64,000 nucleotides of DNA, from positions 31,620 through 95,619 of the forward strand of contig JBQLZK010000021.1 in NCBI GenBank assembly GCA_052168235.1. The letters run 5' to 3'. This DNA comes from Thainema sp. (lineage in GTDB: Bacteria; Cyanobacteriota; Cyanobacteriia; Phormidesmidales; Phormidesmidaceae). Numbering within the stretch: the first letter of the stretch is position 1; the number at the start of each line of letters is the position of its first letter. The notes beneath the pieces are model-generated. The model had not been told where the DNA came from and made no database searches. It saw only the letters and a list, made by a program, of their open reading frames with translations. The translations under genes were made by a program, and so were the position numbers. Shown here one piece after another: positions 50,901 to 60,797 of the stretch.

Positions 50901-52115
50901 ATGTCTTCAACCCATCAGCATTTACATCTCTGTCGTGCGATCGCAGATCGTATCGCCAACCATGCGGATCAGCGGATTCCGTTTACGGACTACATGGACT
51001 TGGCGCTCTATCATCCGGATTATGGCTACTACGCTACGAATCAGGCGCAGATTGGTGTGGGAGGCGATTTTTTTACCTCACCGCACTTAGGAAAGGATTT
51101 TGGTGAGCTACTGGCAGAGCAATTAGTCGATATGTGGCAGGTGATGGGACAGCCACAGCCGTTTTCGCTGGTAGAAATGGGCGCAGGTCAAGGTTTACTG
51201 GCGGTTGATATTCTGCGGTATCTCAACGAGCGCCATCCAGAGTTTTTTGCCTGCATTGACTACGTCATTATCGAAAAAGCCGCCGGACTGATTGCCGACC
51301 AGCAGCGCCGACTGAAGCGGCTCATTGACCAGGGATTTCCGATTCGCTGGACGGACTGGCAGGCTCTGCCGTCTAACTCTATCGTTGGCTGCTGCTTTTC
51401 CAATGAGCTGGTGGATGCTTTTCCGGTACATCTGGTAACGATCAAGCAGGGTGAACTTCAGGAAATCTACGTCACGCTGGTGGATTTAGAGGCCGATATT
51501 CCGCAGTTCATTGAGATTGTGGGCGAACTCTCTACGCCGAAACTGCGCGAGTATTTTGAGCTGGTTGGGGTGCAGATTCCCACTGAGCGTTATCCAGAGG
51601 GCTTCCGCAGCGAGGTCAATTTGGCGGCACTGGACTGGATCGAAACCGTGTGCGATCGCATCCAGCAGGGCTATTTACTAACGATTGACTATGGCTATCC
51701 TGCTGACCGCTACTACAGTCCCTATCGCGATCAGGGCACGCTCCAGTGCTATTACCAGCACAGCCACCACGATGATCCCTACATTTACGTTGGTCAGCAG
51801 GATATTACGGCTCATGTGGACTTCACCGCGCTAGAAAATCAGGGCGAGCGCTGCGGTTTATACACCGTGGGCACGACTCAGCAAGCGATGTTTTTAATGG
51901 CGTTGGGTCTAGGCGATCGGATTGCCAATTTGTCCAACATGGATGAAACCGACACCTACTCCCTACGCGAACTTTTACGGCGACGGCAAGCCCTACATGA
52001 TTTAATGAATCCGATGGGACTAGGGAATTTTGGCGTTTTGGTGCAAAGTAAAGGCTTGAGCGCAGCCCAGCAGCAGCAGGCACTGAAGGGACTGACGATT
52101 CCACCGTTGATGTAA
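50901..52115 (+). CDS. SAM-dependent methyltransferase, MidA/NDUFAF7 family
   Basis: YM..ALY.P..GYY, GDFFTSP, EMGAGQG, SNELVDAFPVH, IDYG, QDITAHVDF. Alternative start at 50856. Confidence 0.92.
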   Translation: MSSTHQHLHLCRAIADRIANHADQRIPFTDYMDLALYHPDYGYYATNQAQIGVGGDFFTSPHLGKDFGELLAEQLVDMWQVMGQPQPFSLVEMGAGQGLLAVDILRYLNERHPEFFACIDYVIIEKAAGLIADQQRRLKRLIDQGFPIRWTDWQALPSNSIVGCCFSNELVDAFPVHLVTIKQGELQEIYVTLVDLEADIPQFIEIVGELSTPKLREYFELVGVQIPTERYPEGFRSEVNLAALDWIETVCDRIQQGYLLTIDYGYPADRYYSPYRDQGTLQCYYQHSHHDDPYIYVGQQDITAHVDFTALENQGERCGLYTVGTTQQAMFLMALGLGDRIANLSNMDETDTYSLRELLRRRQALHDLMNPMGLGNFGVLVQSKGLSAAQQQQALKGLTIPPLM

Positions 52116-52117
52116 TT

Positions 52118-52174
52118 CAATTTAATGGTTGAGTAAAAGGTCGCGATGCGACCTTTTACTCAACCATTAAATTG
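52118..52174. repeat. Perfect inverted repeat, 27-bp arms, 3-nt loop
   Basis: CAATTTAATGGTTGAGTAAAAGGTCGC-GAT-GCGACCTTTTACTCAACCATTAAATTG. Confidence 0.9.
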
Positions 52175-52200
52175 GTTTTGATGCAGAGAACAATATAACA

Positions 52201-52527
52201 ATGCTAAGTAAAGAAAGTTTATTTGCCCTATCGCTGTTTCCCTATCTGGGATTTCTCTGGTTTCTGACGCGGTCGGGTCAGACGCCGCGACTGGCGCTGA
52301 TTGGATTTTATGGAACGCTCGTGTTCGTCGCTGTTACGATTCCGGCGGGGATTTATGCTCAGGTTGCCTTTGGTGAGCAGTTGGCTAATGTGGACTGGCT
52401 GCACGGTGGGGCTGAGGTTTTCTTAACGCTATCGAATATTTTGGTCGTCCTCGGTTTTCGGCAAGCGATTCAGCAAAAGCGGGGGAAAGTGGCTTCATCT
52501 AAAGTGGATCGGTCTACGGTGGGGTAG
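52201..52527 (+). CDS. DUF3593 family membrane protein
   Basis: LFALSLFPYLGFL, FVAVTIPAG, LANVDWLHGGAE.FLTLSN. Confidence 0.8.
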   Translation: MLSKESLFALSLFPYLGFLWFLTRSGQTPRLALIGFYGTLVFVAVTIPAGIYAQVAFGEQLANVDWLHGGAEVFLTLSNILVVLGFRQAIQQKRGKVASSKVDRSTVG

Positions 52528-52592
52528 GTCTAGGGCGTGAGAGTGTGAGGCGTGAGGAGTAAAGCGATCAGGTGAAGGATCAATAGATTTAG

Positions 52593-52853
52593 ATGAGTGA
52601 GTCAACAATTACGGTTACGGTTAAGCTGTTTGCGGCTTATCAGGAGGCGTATGGGATGCCTGAGCTGCAGATGGAACTGCCGCCGGGGACGACAGTTGTG
52701 CAGGTGTGCGATCGCATTCTTACAGAACATCCCGAATTAGACAATCTGCGAAAAATCACTCGGTTTGGCGTCAACTTACAGTTTGCTGAACCAGATACCG
52801 TTTTGCACAATGGAGATGAGGTGGTTCTAATTCCACCCGTCAGCGGCGGTTAA
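52593..52853 (+). CDS. moaD: Molybdopterin synthase sulfur carrier subunit (MoaD/ThiS)
   Basis: VKLFA, GDEVVLIPPVSGG C-terminus. Confidence 0.9.
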   Translation: MSESTITVTVKLFAAYQEAYGMPELQMELPPGTTVVQVCDRILTEHPELDNLRKITRFGVNLQFAEPDTVLHNGDEVVLIPPVSGG

Positions 52854-52867
52854 GTTGGAGTAGGCCT

Positions 52868-53851
52868 ATGGATATCGGTCAGCATTGTCGCAGCTTAATT
52901 CAGCAAGCGTCTAGTTTTCATCCGCTCTATGGCGATCGCTTGGCCAATCACCTGCCGATGGTTCTAATTGCAATGCAGCAAATGGGAGCAGACGACACAG
53001 CTCTGACTCAGTATTACCACGCCTATATCTCGAAGCTTCAGGTTGTTAATTCAGAAAAAAGCAGATTTATACAGGACTTTGTAGCCACAGAACATCTCGG
53101 CAATCGCGATCGCTTCAATGATTTTTCTACCTTTTTCCATCAGGAAATCGCGAAATCAGGCAAGTCAGCGGTTTTACAGGAATGGTTGCCGCTTTTAATG
53201 CCGGGGGTTGCGGCTTCTGCTTTTCATGCGCTAATTCGACTGGCATATGCGGTTGAGGCCGATCTTGATTCCGAAATTGCCATTGCGCTGGCTTATTGGG
53301 CTGCTGAGTTTCAGCCTCTGGGTTCTGTAGGGCAAACAACCAGCGAATCCATTATCGATATTGCGGTTCGTCTGGGGCCAATTGGAGCCGAGCATCAATT
53401 TCAGCCGGGCATTATTGTTGACCGGATGAATGAAATTAAAGAACTCAGCACCTTCCAATCAGCGATTTATCAGCCCGAACAGCTATGTTTAGACGATATC
53501 CGGCAGCTTTGTATTGCCGCTTATCTGCAAACGGGTGATTTCACGCTGCTCCATGCCGTAACGAGTACGCACGCATTTCGGGTCATTTTGCCGTACCAAT
53601 CCAATCCAGAATTGGCGCTGCGATATCACTGGCAGGCAATCTTGGTTGCCTATCTCAGTACAGGGTTGCTTCTCAATCCGGATAATCAGGATGCTCCGAC
53701 ACATCAGCAAGACTGGTCATCCTGTTTTACCAATGCGATCGCATCTCGAAATGATCATCAAATTAAGCTGACGTATACCTGCTGGCGCGAGTTCGAGCAA
53801 TCTCACGCGGCCCAATATCTGCGAGCCGCTCATCAAGTTAACCATCGATAA
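52868..53851 (+). CDS. Questin oxidase family protein (DUF4243-like)
   Basis: LANHLPM.L.A, AFHALIRLAYA, FTLLHAVTS.HA, DHQIKL. Confidence 0.75.
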   Translation: MDIGQHCRSLIQQASSFHPLYGDRLANHLPMVLIAMQQMGADDTALTQYYHAYISKLQVVNSEKSRFIQDFVATEHLGNRDRFNDFSTFFHQEIAKSGKSAVLQEWLPLLMPGVAASAFHALIRLAYAVEADLDSEIAIALAYWAAEFQPLGSVGQTTSESIIDIAVRLGPIGAEHQFQPGIIVDRMNEIKELSTFQSAIYQPEQLCLDDIRQLCIAAYLQTGDFTLLHAVTSTHAFRVILPYQSNPELALRYHWQAILVAYLSTGLLLNPDNQDAPTHQQDWSSCFTNAIASRNDHQIKLTYTCWREFEQSHAAQYLRAAHQVNHR

Positions 53852-53862
53852 TTGTGAGAATT

Positions 53863-54672
53863 CTACTGGCCCAGATACGCTTCTAGTACTTCTTGGTTAT
53901 TTTGAATTTCGGTTGGTGTGCCATCGGCTAGGTTGCGACCTTCTGCCAGCACCCAAACGCGATCGCACAATGACATGATCACATCCATATTGTGCTCGAT
54001 CACTAAAAACGTTAGGCCCTGACGATTCCACTCAACAATGTGTTCGCAAATTTGCTTAATTAGGGTGGGGTTGACTCCGGCGGCGGGTTCATCCAGCAAA
54101 ATCAGCTTGGGCTGCACCATCAGCGCCCGCGCAATTTCCAGCAGCTTGCGCTGCCCGCCAGAGAGTGCGCCTGCATAGTTTTGGGCCATGTGAGCTAGAC
54201 CGACAGATTCTAGAATTTCTTGGGCGCGATCGCGCAGTTGGCGCTCTTCGGCCAAAATTTTGCTGGGCTGGAACATGGCTGTCCAGAAATGCTCACCTGC
54301 CTGGTGTTGCGCCGCCAGCAGCATGTTTTCCAGCACCGACATACGCGACAGCACCCGCGCCACTTGGAAGGTGCGTACCATGCCCTTTTGGGCAATTTGA
54401 TGGGACTGCAGGTTTTGAATTTGCCTACCGTCAAAGAGCACCGTACCCGAATCCGGCTGAATAAAGTTGGACAGCAGATTAAACAGCGTCGTTTTGCCCG
54501 CCCCATTTGGCCCAATCAAGCCCGTAATGCTGCCTTGGGGTACTTCAATTGTGGCCTGATCGACGGCGCGAATGCCGCCAAAGCTTTTGCTCAAATTGGT
54601 GGCCTGAAGCAGCAGCGGCGCAGATTGAATATCGGGCTGAGAATTGGAAGGTTGGGTATGGGTGTCTGCCAT
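53863..54672 (-). CDS. natA: Neutral/branched-chain amino acid ABC transporter ATP-binding subunit (LivG/NatA-like)
   Basis: GPNGAGKTT, RTFQ, LSGGQRKLLE, LLDEPAAG, IEHNM, AYLG. Confidence 0.8.
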   Translation of the reverse strand: MADTHTQPSNSQPDIQSAPLLLQATNLSKSFGGIRAVDQATIEVPQGSITGLIGPNGAGKTTLFNLLSNFIQPDSGTVLFDGRQIQNLQSHQIAQKGMVRTFQVARVLSRMSVLENMLLAAQHQAGEHFWTAMFQPSKILAEERQLRDRAQEILESVGLAHMAQNYAGALSGGQRKLLEIARALMVQPKLILLDEPAAGVNPTLIKQICEHIVEWNRQGLTFLVIEHNMDVIMSLCDRVWVLAEGRNLADGTPTEIQNNQEVLEAYLGQ

Positions 54673-54735
54673 TGTCCAGTATTTTGTCGAAAATCCCTTA
54701 ATTGGTTAGGTTGGTCTAATCGGTTAGAAATCTCT

Positions 54736-54763
54736 GTATAGGCGAATGGCCATTCGCCTATAC
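54736..54763. repeat. 28-bp perfect palindrome related to the REP-like units at 44.1 kb
   Basis: GTATAGGCGAATGG|CCATTCGCCTATAC. Confidence 0.8.
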
Positions 54764-54811
54764 GTAACGTCTACCCTATCTACACATTTTCTGTAAGTAC
54801 TTAGTAACAAT

Positions 54812-56134
54812 TTATCGATTCAGCGATAGCTCGTCCTTATTGCCCAAGATACCCTGCGGTCGCAAAATCATCAGCACCATCAGGATCAGACCGATGATCA
54901 TCACGCGATAGGCTCCTAGGATGTCAGCGGCACTGGGAGGAATCAGGTCACCGATATAAAACCGCGTCAGCGTATCATAAGCCCAGAAGATCGTCGCACC
55001 CAGCAACGTACCTGGATTGCTGCCTGCTCCACCCAGGACAACGATAATCCAGGCGTTAAAGGTGGTCAGCGGCTGGAAATTATCGGGATAAATCGTTGTC
55101 AGCTGCCAAGCGTAGAGGGAACCCGCGAGTCCTGCAATGATGCCGCCCAGCATCAGCGACTGGAGTTTGTACCAAAACACGTTCTTACCCAGCGCTTTGG
55201 CGACTTCCTCGTCCTCACGAATCGATTTGAGTACCCGTCCCCAAGGCGATTTCACTAACCACTCTAGCCGCCAGAATACCAGCGCAACCAGCAGGACGGA
55301 GATCAGCATGAGACCTGTCTTAACCGGATTGCGCGTGTAGTTATACAGCGCAGAAGCGGCCAAGCTGTAGACCCAGAGGCCAAAGCCGGAGATCGCCAAA
55401 ATGCTAATCAGTGATAAACCCGTGTTCCAGGCTGGGACACGCTTGGGTAGCTGGGCGGCAATCCAGGCGTAAATGCCGCCAACGACAGCAACGCCGACCA
55501 GCAGGAGCAGTAAGGCAAGCTGAGTTTGTAAGGTACTATCTGCACCTTCTAGCATGGCCTGAACGCCGCGAGAGACACCATACAGCAATAGTCCCAGCGT
55601 GGCTAAATAGACTAAAACTGCAATGCCGCTTTGTGCGATCGCAGCTGTCGGTGTTTGCCGCAGCCGCTTACCGATCCAGCGCCACAGGTTCCAGAGGCCC
55701 AGTCCGACAACAATGGTCAGGAGTCCAATCATGATGACGCGGACGAACCAGCTTGGCTCAATGCCTTCTAGCGGAATGGGGTAGCGCTGGACGCCAAAGG
55801 GGCCACGGGTAATTTCTTCTTCGTTGAGGACGACGAGGCGAATGATTTCGGCCACGCCGATGGTGACAATCGCCAAATAGTCTTCTCGCAGCCGCAGGGT
55901 GGAAATGCCGATCAGTAAACCGAGCAGGGCAGCCAGGATAACGCCGACTGCGATCGCAATTATGATGGGCACGCCGTTGAGGCTCAAAAGCGCTGTGGCA
56001 TAGGCACCAACGGTCATAAACGCCACATGGCCAAAGTTAATCAGCCCGGTAAAGCCCCACTGGAGGTTTAGTCCCAGCGCAAACAGGGCAAAGGTAGCCG
56101 TAAAGATAATCAGTGAGACAATATAGCCTTCCAT
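54812..56134 (-). CDS. natC: Neutral/branched-chain amino acid ABC transporter permease (LivM/NatC-like)
   Basis: LGLNLQWGFTGLINFGH, LRLREDYLAIVT, SPWGRVLKSIREDE, RPQGILG. ATG at 56134. Confidence 0.8.
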   Translation of the reverse strand: MEGYIVSLIIFTATFALFALGLNLQWGFTGLINFGHVAFMTVGAYATALLSLNGVPIIIAIAVGVILAALLGLLIGISTLRLREDYLAIVTIGVAEIIRLVVLNEEEITRGPFGVQRYPIPLEGIEPSWFVRVIMIGLLTIVVGLGLWNLWRWIGKRLRQTPTAAIAQSGIAVLVYLATLGLLLYGVSRGVQAMLEGADSTLQTQLALLLLLVGVAVVGGIYAWIAAQLPKRVPAWNTGLSLISILAISGFGLWVYSLAASALYNYTRNPVKTGLMLISVLLVALVFWRLEWLVKSPWGRVLKSIREDEEVAKALGKNVFWYKLQSLMLGGIIAGLAGSLYAWQLTTIYPDNFQPLTTFNAWIIVVLGGAGSNPGTLLGATIFWAYDTLTRFYIGDLIPPSAADILGAYRVMIIGLILMVLMILRPQGILGNKDELSLNR

Positions 56135-56568
56135 GAGCAATGGCCATGAACAATGGAATGAGACAACAGGATATTTGTCCAAACTCGCAGGTATCCAGTT
56201 AGGTTGAAGACAATCTTGCCGAGATTCTCCTCACCTGTGGCTGGACGCTGGACGCGCAATGAGGCGATTCTATCCTATTGTGCGGCGTCCCTCGTATCTC
56301 TCATTACTCTTCCGATTCTTAAATTCCCCTATGGTTCGAGGAAAGTCTGGGACACTATTCTCTAAACTTTAGTCAAAGTCACATTTTGCACTGGAAAAAC
56401 CAAAGGGCATTCTGAGATCGCGCGGCGACCAGAAAATCTGGGTTCTTAATGGGCAAGGTGCAAGGTGTAAGTCAATCCAATCCAACAGTGGATTTTGGCA
56501 TTTTTTGTCGGATTTGAAGGAAAAATCCGATACGATTTTGAACGAACGTTTTCCTAGGATCACCGTTT

Positions 56569-58155
56569 ATGGATGCTGCGACGCTCTGGCAACGCTATCA
56601 AGACTGGCTCTACTACGACGAGACCCTGAATCTCTATGTCGATATCAGCCGCATGCGGTTTGATGATGATTTTGTACAACAACTGAGTCCAAAGTTGGCA
56701 CAAGCGTTCAAGGATATGGATGCTTTGGAAGCAGGTGCGATCGCAAATCCAGATGAAGACCGGATGGTGGGCCACTATTGGCTGCGCGATGCCGATTTAG
56801 CACCTAATGACGAGCTAAAGCACGACATCGTTGACACCCTGGAGCGAATCGAGAGCTTTGTCCAGAAAGTCCACAGCGGCGTCATTTCCCCCCCCCAAGG
56901 CGGCAAATTCACGGATATTCTATCGATTGGGATTGGTGGTTCGGCCCTTGGCCCTCAGTTTGTCGCTCAGGCATTGGGGCCACAAAATGCACCGATGCAG
57001 ATCCACTTCATTGACAACACCGATCCGGCTGGCATTGACCAGACGCTAGAGTCCATCAAAGATCGGCTGTCGAAAACGCTGGTGATCACGATTTCCAAAT
57101 CGGGCGGTACGCCAGAAACCCGCAACGGCATGTTGGAAGTGCAGGCGGCTTATCAGAAAGCTGGGCTGGATTTTGCCCGTCATGCGATCGCGACCACTGG
57201 CATTGGCAGCAAGCTAGAGCAAATCGCCAAGTCCCAGGGCTGGCTAGCAACGTTCCCGATGCACGATTGGGTGGGAGGCCGCACGTCGGAACTGTCGGCG
57301 GTCGGACTCTTACCTGCGGCTTTGCAGGGCATCGACATCCGGGCCATGCTGGAGGGGGCAAAGCAAATGGATGCCCTAACCCGTGTGCATAACCTGAAGC
57401 GCAATCCGGCTGCGCTGCTGGCGCTGTCCTGGTACTACGCCACGAGCGGCAAAGGCGAGAAAGACATGGTGCTGCTGCCCTACAAAGATAATTTGATCCT
57501 GCTGAGCCGCTATTTGCAGCAGTTGGTGATGGAATCCCTCGGTAAAGAAAAAGATCTAGATGGCAACACCGTGCATCAAGGCATCGCCGTTTACGGAAAT
57601 AAGGGAAGTACCGACCAGCACGCCTACGTGCAGCAGTTGCGGGAAGGGGTGCCCAATTTCTTCCTGACCTTTATCGAAGTATTGCGCGATCGCAACGGCA
57701 AATCCATTGAAGTCGAAGACGGCGTCACCAGCGGCGACTACCTTTCGGGCCTGCTACAGGGAACACGGCGGGCGCTCTACGAGAATGCTCGTGATTCGAT
57801 TACGATCACCATTCCCGAAGTAAATGAGCGGCAAATTGGAGCACTAATCGCACTCTATGAACGAGCTGTCGGGCTATACGGCTTTCTGGTCAATGTCAAT
57901 GCTTATCACCAACCCGGAGTTGAAGCGGGTAAGAAAGCGGCGGCATCGGTGCTCGACCTTCAGCGGCAGATCATGACAGTTCTGCGGCAGTCAAAGGAAC
58001 CTCTGCCTCTGGCCACACTTGCGGCCAAAGCGAATGCTGCCGATCAGGTTGAATCGGTGTATTTGACGATCCGCCACTTAGCAGCCAATGAGCGGGGCGT
58101 GACGCTTGATGGCAATCCGGGTGATCCCAGTTCACTTCAGGTTAGTCTGGCGTAA
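56569..58155 (+). CDS. pgi: Glucose-6-phosphate isomerase
   Basis: [45 protein letters not shown]. Confidence 0.97.
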   Translation: MDAATLWQRYQDWLYYDETLNLYVDISRMRFDDDFVQQLSPKLAQAFKDMDALEAGAIANPDEDRMVGHYWLRDADLAPNDELKHDIVDTLERIESFVQKVHSGVISPPQGGKFTDILSIGIGGSALGPQFVAQALGPQNAPMQIHFIDNTDPAGIDQTLESIKDRLSKTLVITISKSGGTPETRNGMLEVQAAYQKAGLDFARHAIATTGIGSKLEQIAKSQGWLATFPMHDWVGGRTSELSAVGLLPAALQGIDIRAMLEGAKQMDALTRVHNLKRNPAALLALSWYYATSGKGEKDMVLLPYKDNLILLSRYLQQLVMESLGKEKDLDGNTVHQGIAVYGNKGSTDQHAYVQQLREGVPNFFLTFIEVLRDRNGKSIEVEDGVTSGDYLSGLLQGTRRALYENARDSITITIPEVNERQIGALIALYERAVGLYGFLVNVNAYHQPGVEAGKKAAASVLDLQRQIMTVLRQSKEPLPLATLAAKANAADQVESVYLTIRHLAANERGVTLDGNPGDPSSLQVSLA

Positions 58156-58497
58156 ATCAAGTGATGGGCATTGTGTTGGATCGCCAACCAACTTGGGTAC
58201 TCTATATGCCGAAACCTTCATCATTCAGTGGTAGCACTTAGTGAATGATTTGTCGTCTGGGCTCTGTCTATCTCGTCAACCGTCAGGATCTTGTAAAGGG
58301 CTGTCCATCGTTAATTTGATTGAAGTTATTTCCCATTGCTGGATTGCGTTCTTTAAGCTAAATGATAGAGAGCGTTACAGAATCAATCATGTAACAATCT
58401 CAATTAAACCCTTGTTGAACGCTGGTACTCGGTCGCAACAGCCCAGTATGACCAGCATAAATGGGGTGAAAAATGTTCAGAGGCTAGCCTAGACTGT

Positions 58498-59169
58498 ATG
58501 CCCTTAACCATTCTTGTCGCAGATGACGATTTGGGAACCCGAATCGCGATCACCGACTATCTTGAGCTGTCCGGATACCTCGTTATCAGCGCTCAGGATG
58601 GTCGGGAAGCACTGGGTATGGTAACGGAACATCAGCCGCACCTAATGATTACGGACATCACGATGCCGCACATGGATGGCTACGAACTCGTGCGGCAAGT
58701 TCGACAAAAACCGTTTTTCCGCCTGCTGCCTGTTATTTTCCTCACGGCACGTACCAATACGGAGGAACGGATTCGCGCTTACCAAATTGGCTGTGATGCC
58801 TATCTGCCCAAACCGTTTGATTTAGACGAATTAGGTGCAGTCGTCCGTAACTTGTTAGAGCGATCGCAACTGATCCAAGCGGCTTGGATCAGCCAAATGC
58901 CGCTCTCCGATCAGCAAGCCCTGATGGCAAGTTCTCAAGAATTAGCTGCGATCGCAGATGAAGAAGCGGCTCAGTTGGATCTCACCTCGCGAGAACAGGA
59001 AGTCCTGGCGCTACTTTCAGATGGATTATCCAATGCCCAAATTGGCGATGGCTTACATTTAAGTCCCCGCACCGTCGAAAAATACGTCAGTAGCCTGCTT
59101 CGCAAAACCGAGACCAGTAATCGAGCTGAACTTGTCCGTTATGCCATTGATCACCATCTGGTGACCTAA
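58498..59169 (+). CDS. NarL/LuxR-family response regulator
   Basis: REC (ADDD, TDITMP, KPF) plus LuxR HTH (LTSREQEVL..GLSN..I...L.LSPRTVEKY). Confidence 0.92.
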   Translation: MPLTILVADDDLGTRIAITDYLELSGYLVISAQDGREALGMVTEHQPHLMITDITMPHMDGYELVRQVRQKPFFRLLPVIFLTARTNTEERIRAYQIGCDAYLPKPFDLDELGAVVRNLLERSQLIQAAWISQMPLSDQQALMASSQELAAIADEEAAQLDLTSREQEVLALLSDGLSNAQIGDGLHLSPRTVEKYVSSLLRKTETSNRAELVRYAIDHHLVT

Positions 59170-59179
59170 ATTAAGCATC

Positions 59180-59224
59180 AAATAACGCCGTTGTCGCCGC
59201 AATGCGGCGACAACGGCGTTATTT
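59180..59224. terminator. Perfect inverted repeat, 22-bp arms, likely bidirectional terminator
   Basis: AAATAACGCCGTTGTCGCCGCA-A-TGCGGCGACAACGGCGTTATTT followed by a T-run, between convergent genes. Confidence 0.8.
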
Positions 59225-59270
59225 TTCAAAAAAGAATTAGCTAAAAATCAGCTAATTCTCTCCGAATCGC

Positions 59271-59618
59271 CTACAGTACGCGGAAAATGAAGGGGTACTT
59301 GTAAACGCTATTGGGTTCCGTGATACTCTTGACAATCGCTAGAATTGGCAGAATCAGCTGCGCGATGAACAAGATTCCCAATAATGGCCAACCAATCAAA
59401 ACCCAGGTCAAGATGCCAAAAATGATGCTGTAGACCCAAACATTCAGGTGAAAGTTAAGGGCTTCGCGGGAGTTTTCCTTTACCACTGGATCATCTGAGA
59501 GGAGCATGACCGCAACGGGGACTCCGGCAGAAAGCAATAACTGGCTGAAGAAGATGGAGCCGTGACTTACGGCAGAGAGTATTTTACGCTTGTCAATATC
59601 GTAATTAATGTTTTCCAT
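59271..59618 (-). CDS. DUF4870 (Tic20-like) membrane protein
   Basis: LSA..H, D..VKEN..EALNF, Y.YPFI. Confidence 0.8.
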   Translation of the reverse strand: MENINYDIDKRKILSAVSHGSIFFSQLLLSAGVPVAVMLLSDDPVVKENSREALNFHLNVWVYSIIFGILTWVLIGWPLLGILFIAQLILPILAIVKSITEPNSVYKYPFIFRVL

Positions 59619-59678
59619 TAGCGCCTATCCTTCTTAAAATCACAGGCATAAGCCTATCGCCGTTGCCTTATAGTTCTG

Positions 59679-60107
59679 ATGATAACTGCACCAAGTTCTA
59701 CATCGAGTTCGGCTTCCCACCCCTGGTCAACCGGCCATCTGTTTCAGAGCCCAGGTTGCCACTTTACCTATCGGGTGATTGGTCCCTGCTGCCGATTGTT
59801 TGACCGCGAACAACTTCCCTGGCCCTGCTGTCGATTGCAGTGGCGGGGCAAAGAACCGAGCTGGCGGCGCATTGGCCGACGCTTTGTGGTGGATATGGCA
59901 ACGCGTCGCCATCCATCCTACAGCGTCGAGATTGTCGGCCAAGCGGAAACTGCCGAATGCGTCGTGATGACGGTATACACGCAGCCTTTGTCGGCAGAAG
60001 TCCGTAACTGGTGGTACACCAAACGAGTCACAGAAGGTACATCAGACCACGCTCATCCTCCTCATGCAGTAGAAGTCGAAGCTCAGCAATTGTTTTTGTT
60101 GGAATAA
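59679..60107 (+). CDS. Hypothetical protein, cyanobacterial type
   Basis: ORF with CCRLFDREQLPWPCCRLQWRGKEPSWRR motif, divergent from DUF4870. Confidence 0.65.
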   Translation: MITAPSSTSSSASHPWSTGHLFQSPGCHFTYRVIGPCCRLFDREQLPWPCCRLQWRGKEPSWRRIGRRFVVDMATRRHPSYSVEIVGQAETAECVVMTVYTQPLSAEVRNWWYTKRVTEGTSDHAHPPHAVEVEAQQLFLLE

Positions 60108-60750
60108 TTTTGAATTAATGTGACTTCTTCCCCACACAATCTCATTAATATCAAAAGCTAAGTTTTGTAGATCGAACTCCTACACGTTCAACCTCAACTT
60201 GATTTATTTGAAAATATTACAAAATTGTTGATTATTTTTATACAACAGCAACTATTCGATCAAAAATAATTTTTCATTCAATGAAGCTAATTCCTCTTGA
60301 ACTGTAATTGTGCAAAGTTACAGCAAATTCGCAGAGAAAGGTTTATTCTCAACACAGTGAACCGAGCAATAATAAATTAACGGTTGCATCTTATGGGTGG
60401 TGGTAATTGTGCCGAAAGCGACAGTATGACGGCAAGCTGCCCTGCAATGCACAGCACTTGCTAAATAGACTTACCCTCACATCCTAGGCCAACATCCAGA
60501 AGATCGATTTTGTTGTCGCGATGCGGCAGCCAAATAACCTCTTTGGATTTTCAATTTTCAAGGTGCAAAATGGGAGTACCTCAATACCAATTAGCAAACA
60601 ACAGTATCAGCGGTCTTGGCATTCTTTAGTTTTTGTTCGTATCAATCATTTTGTTGCTCGGCAGCTTATTGAAATGGGAAGTCCTCCCATACCCAAACAA
60701 GTGTTGAAAACTTAAACGTGTTGGTAAACGTCATACGGCATATACTTTTT

Positions 60751-60780
60751 CCCGCTACGATAAACCCCGCTACGACAAAC
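60751..60780 (+). repeat. Tandem 15-bp repeat upstream of the invertase
   Basis: CCCGCTACGATAAAC CCCGCTACGACAAAC. Confidence 0.75.
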
Positions 60781-60797
60781 ACAATGAGGTTGGAGCA

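Noticed and set aside
60303..60322. NtcA site
   Set aside because: GTA-TAC spacing is 12 nt, not the canonical 8.
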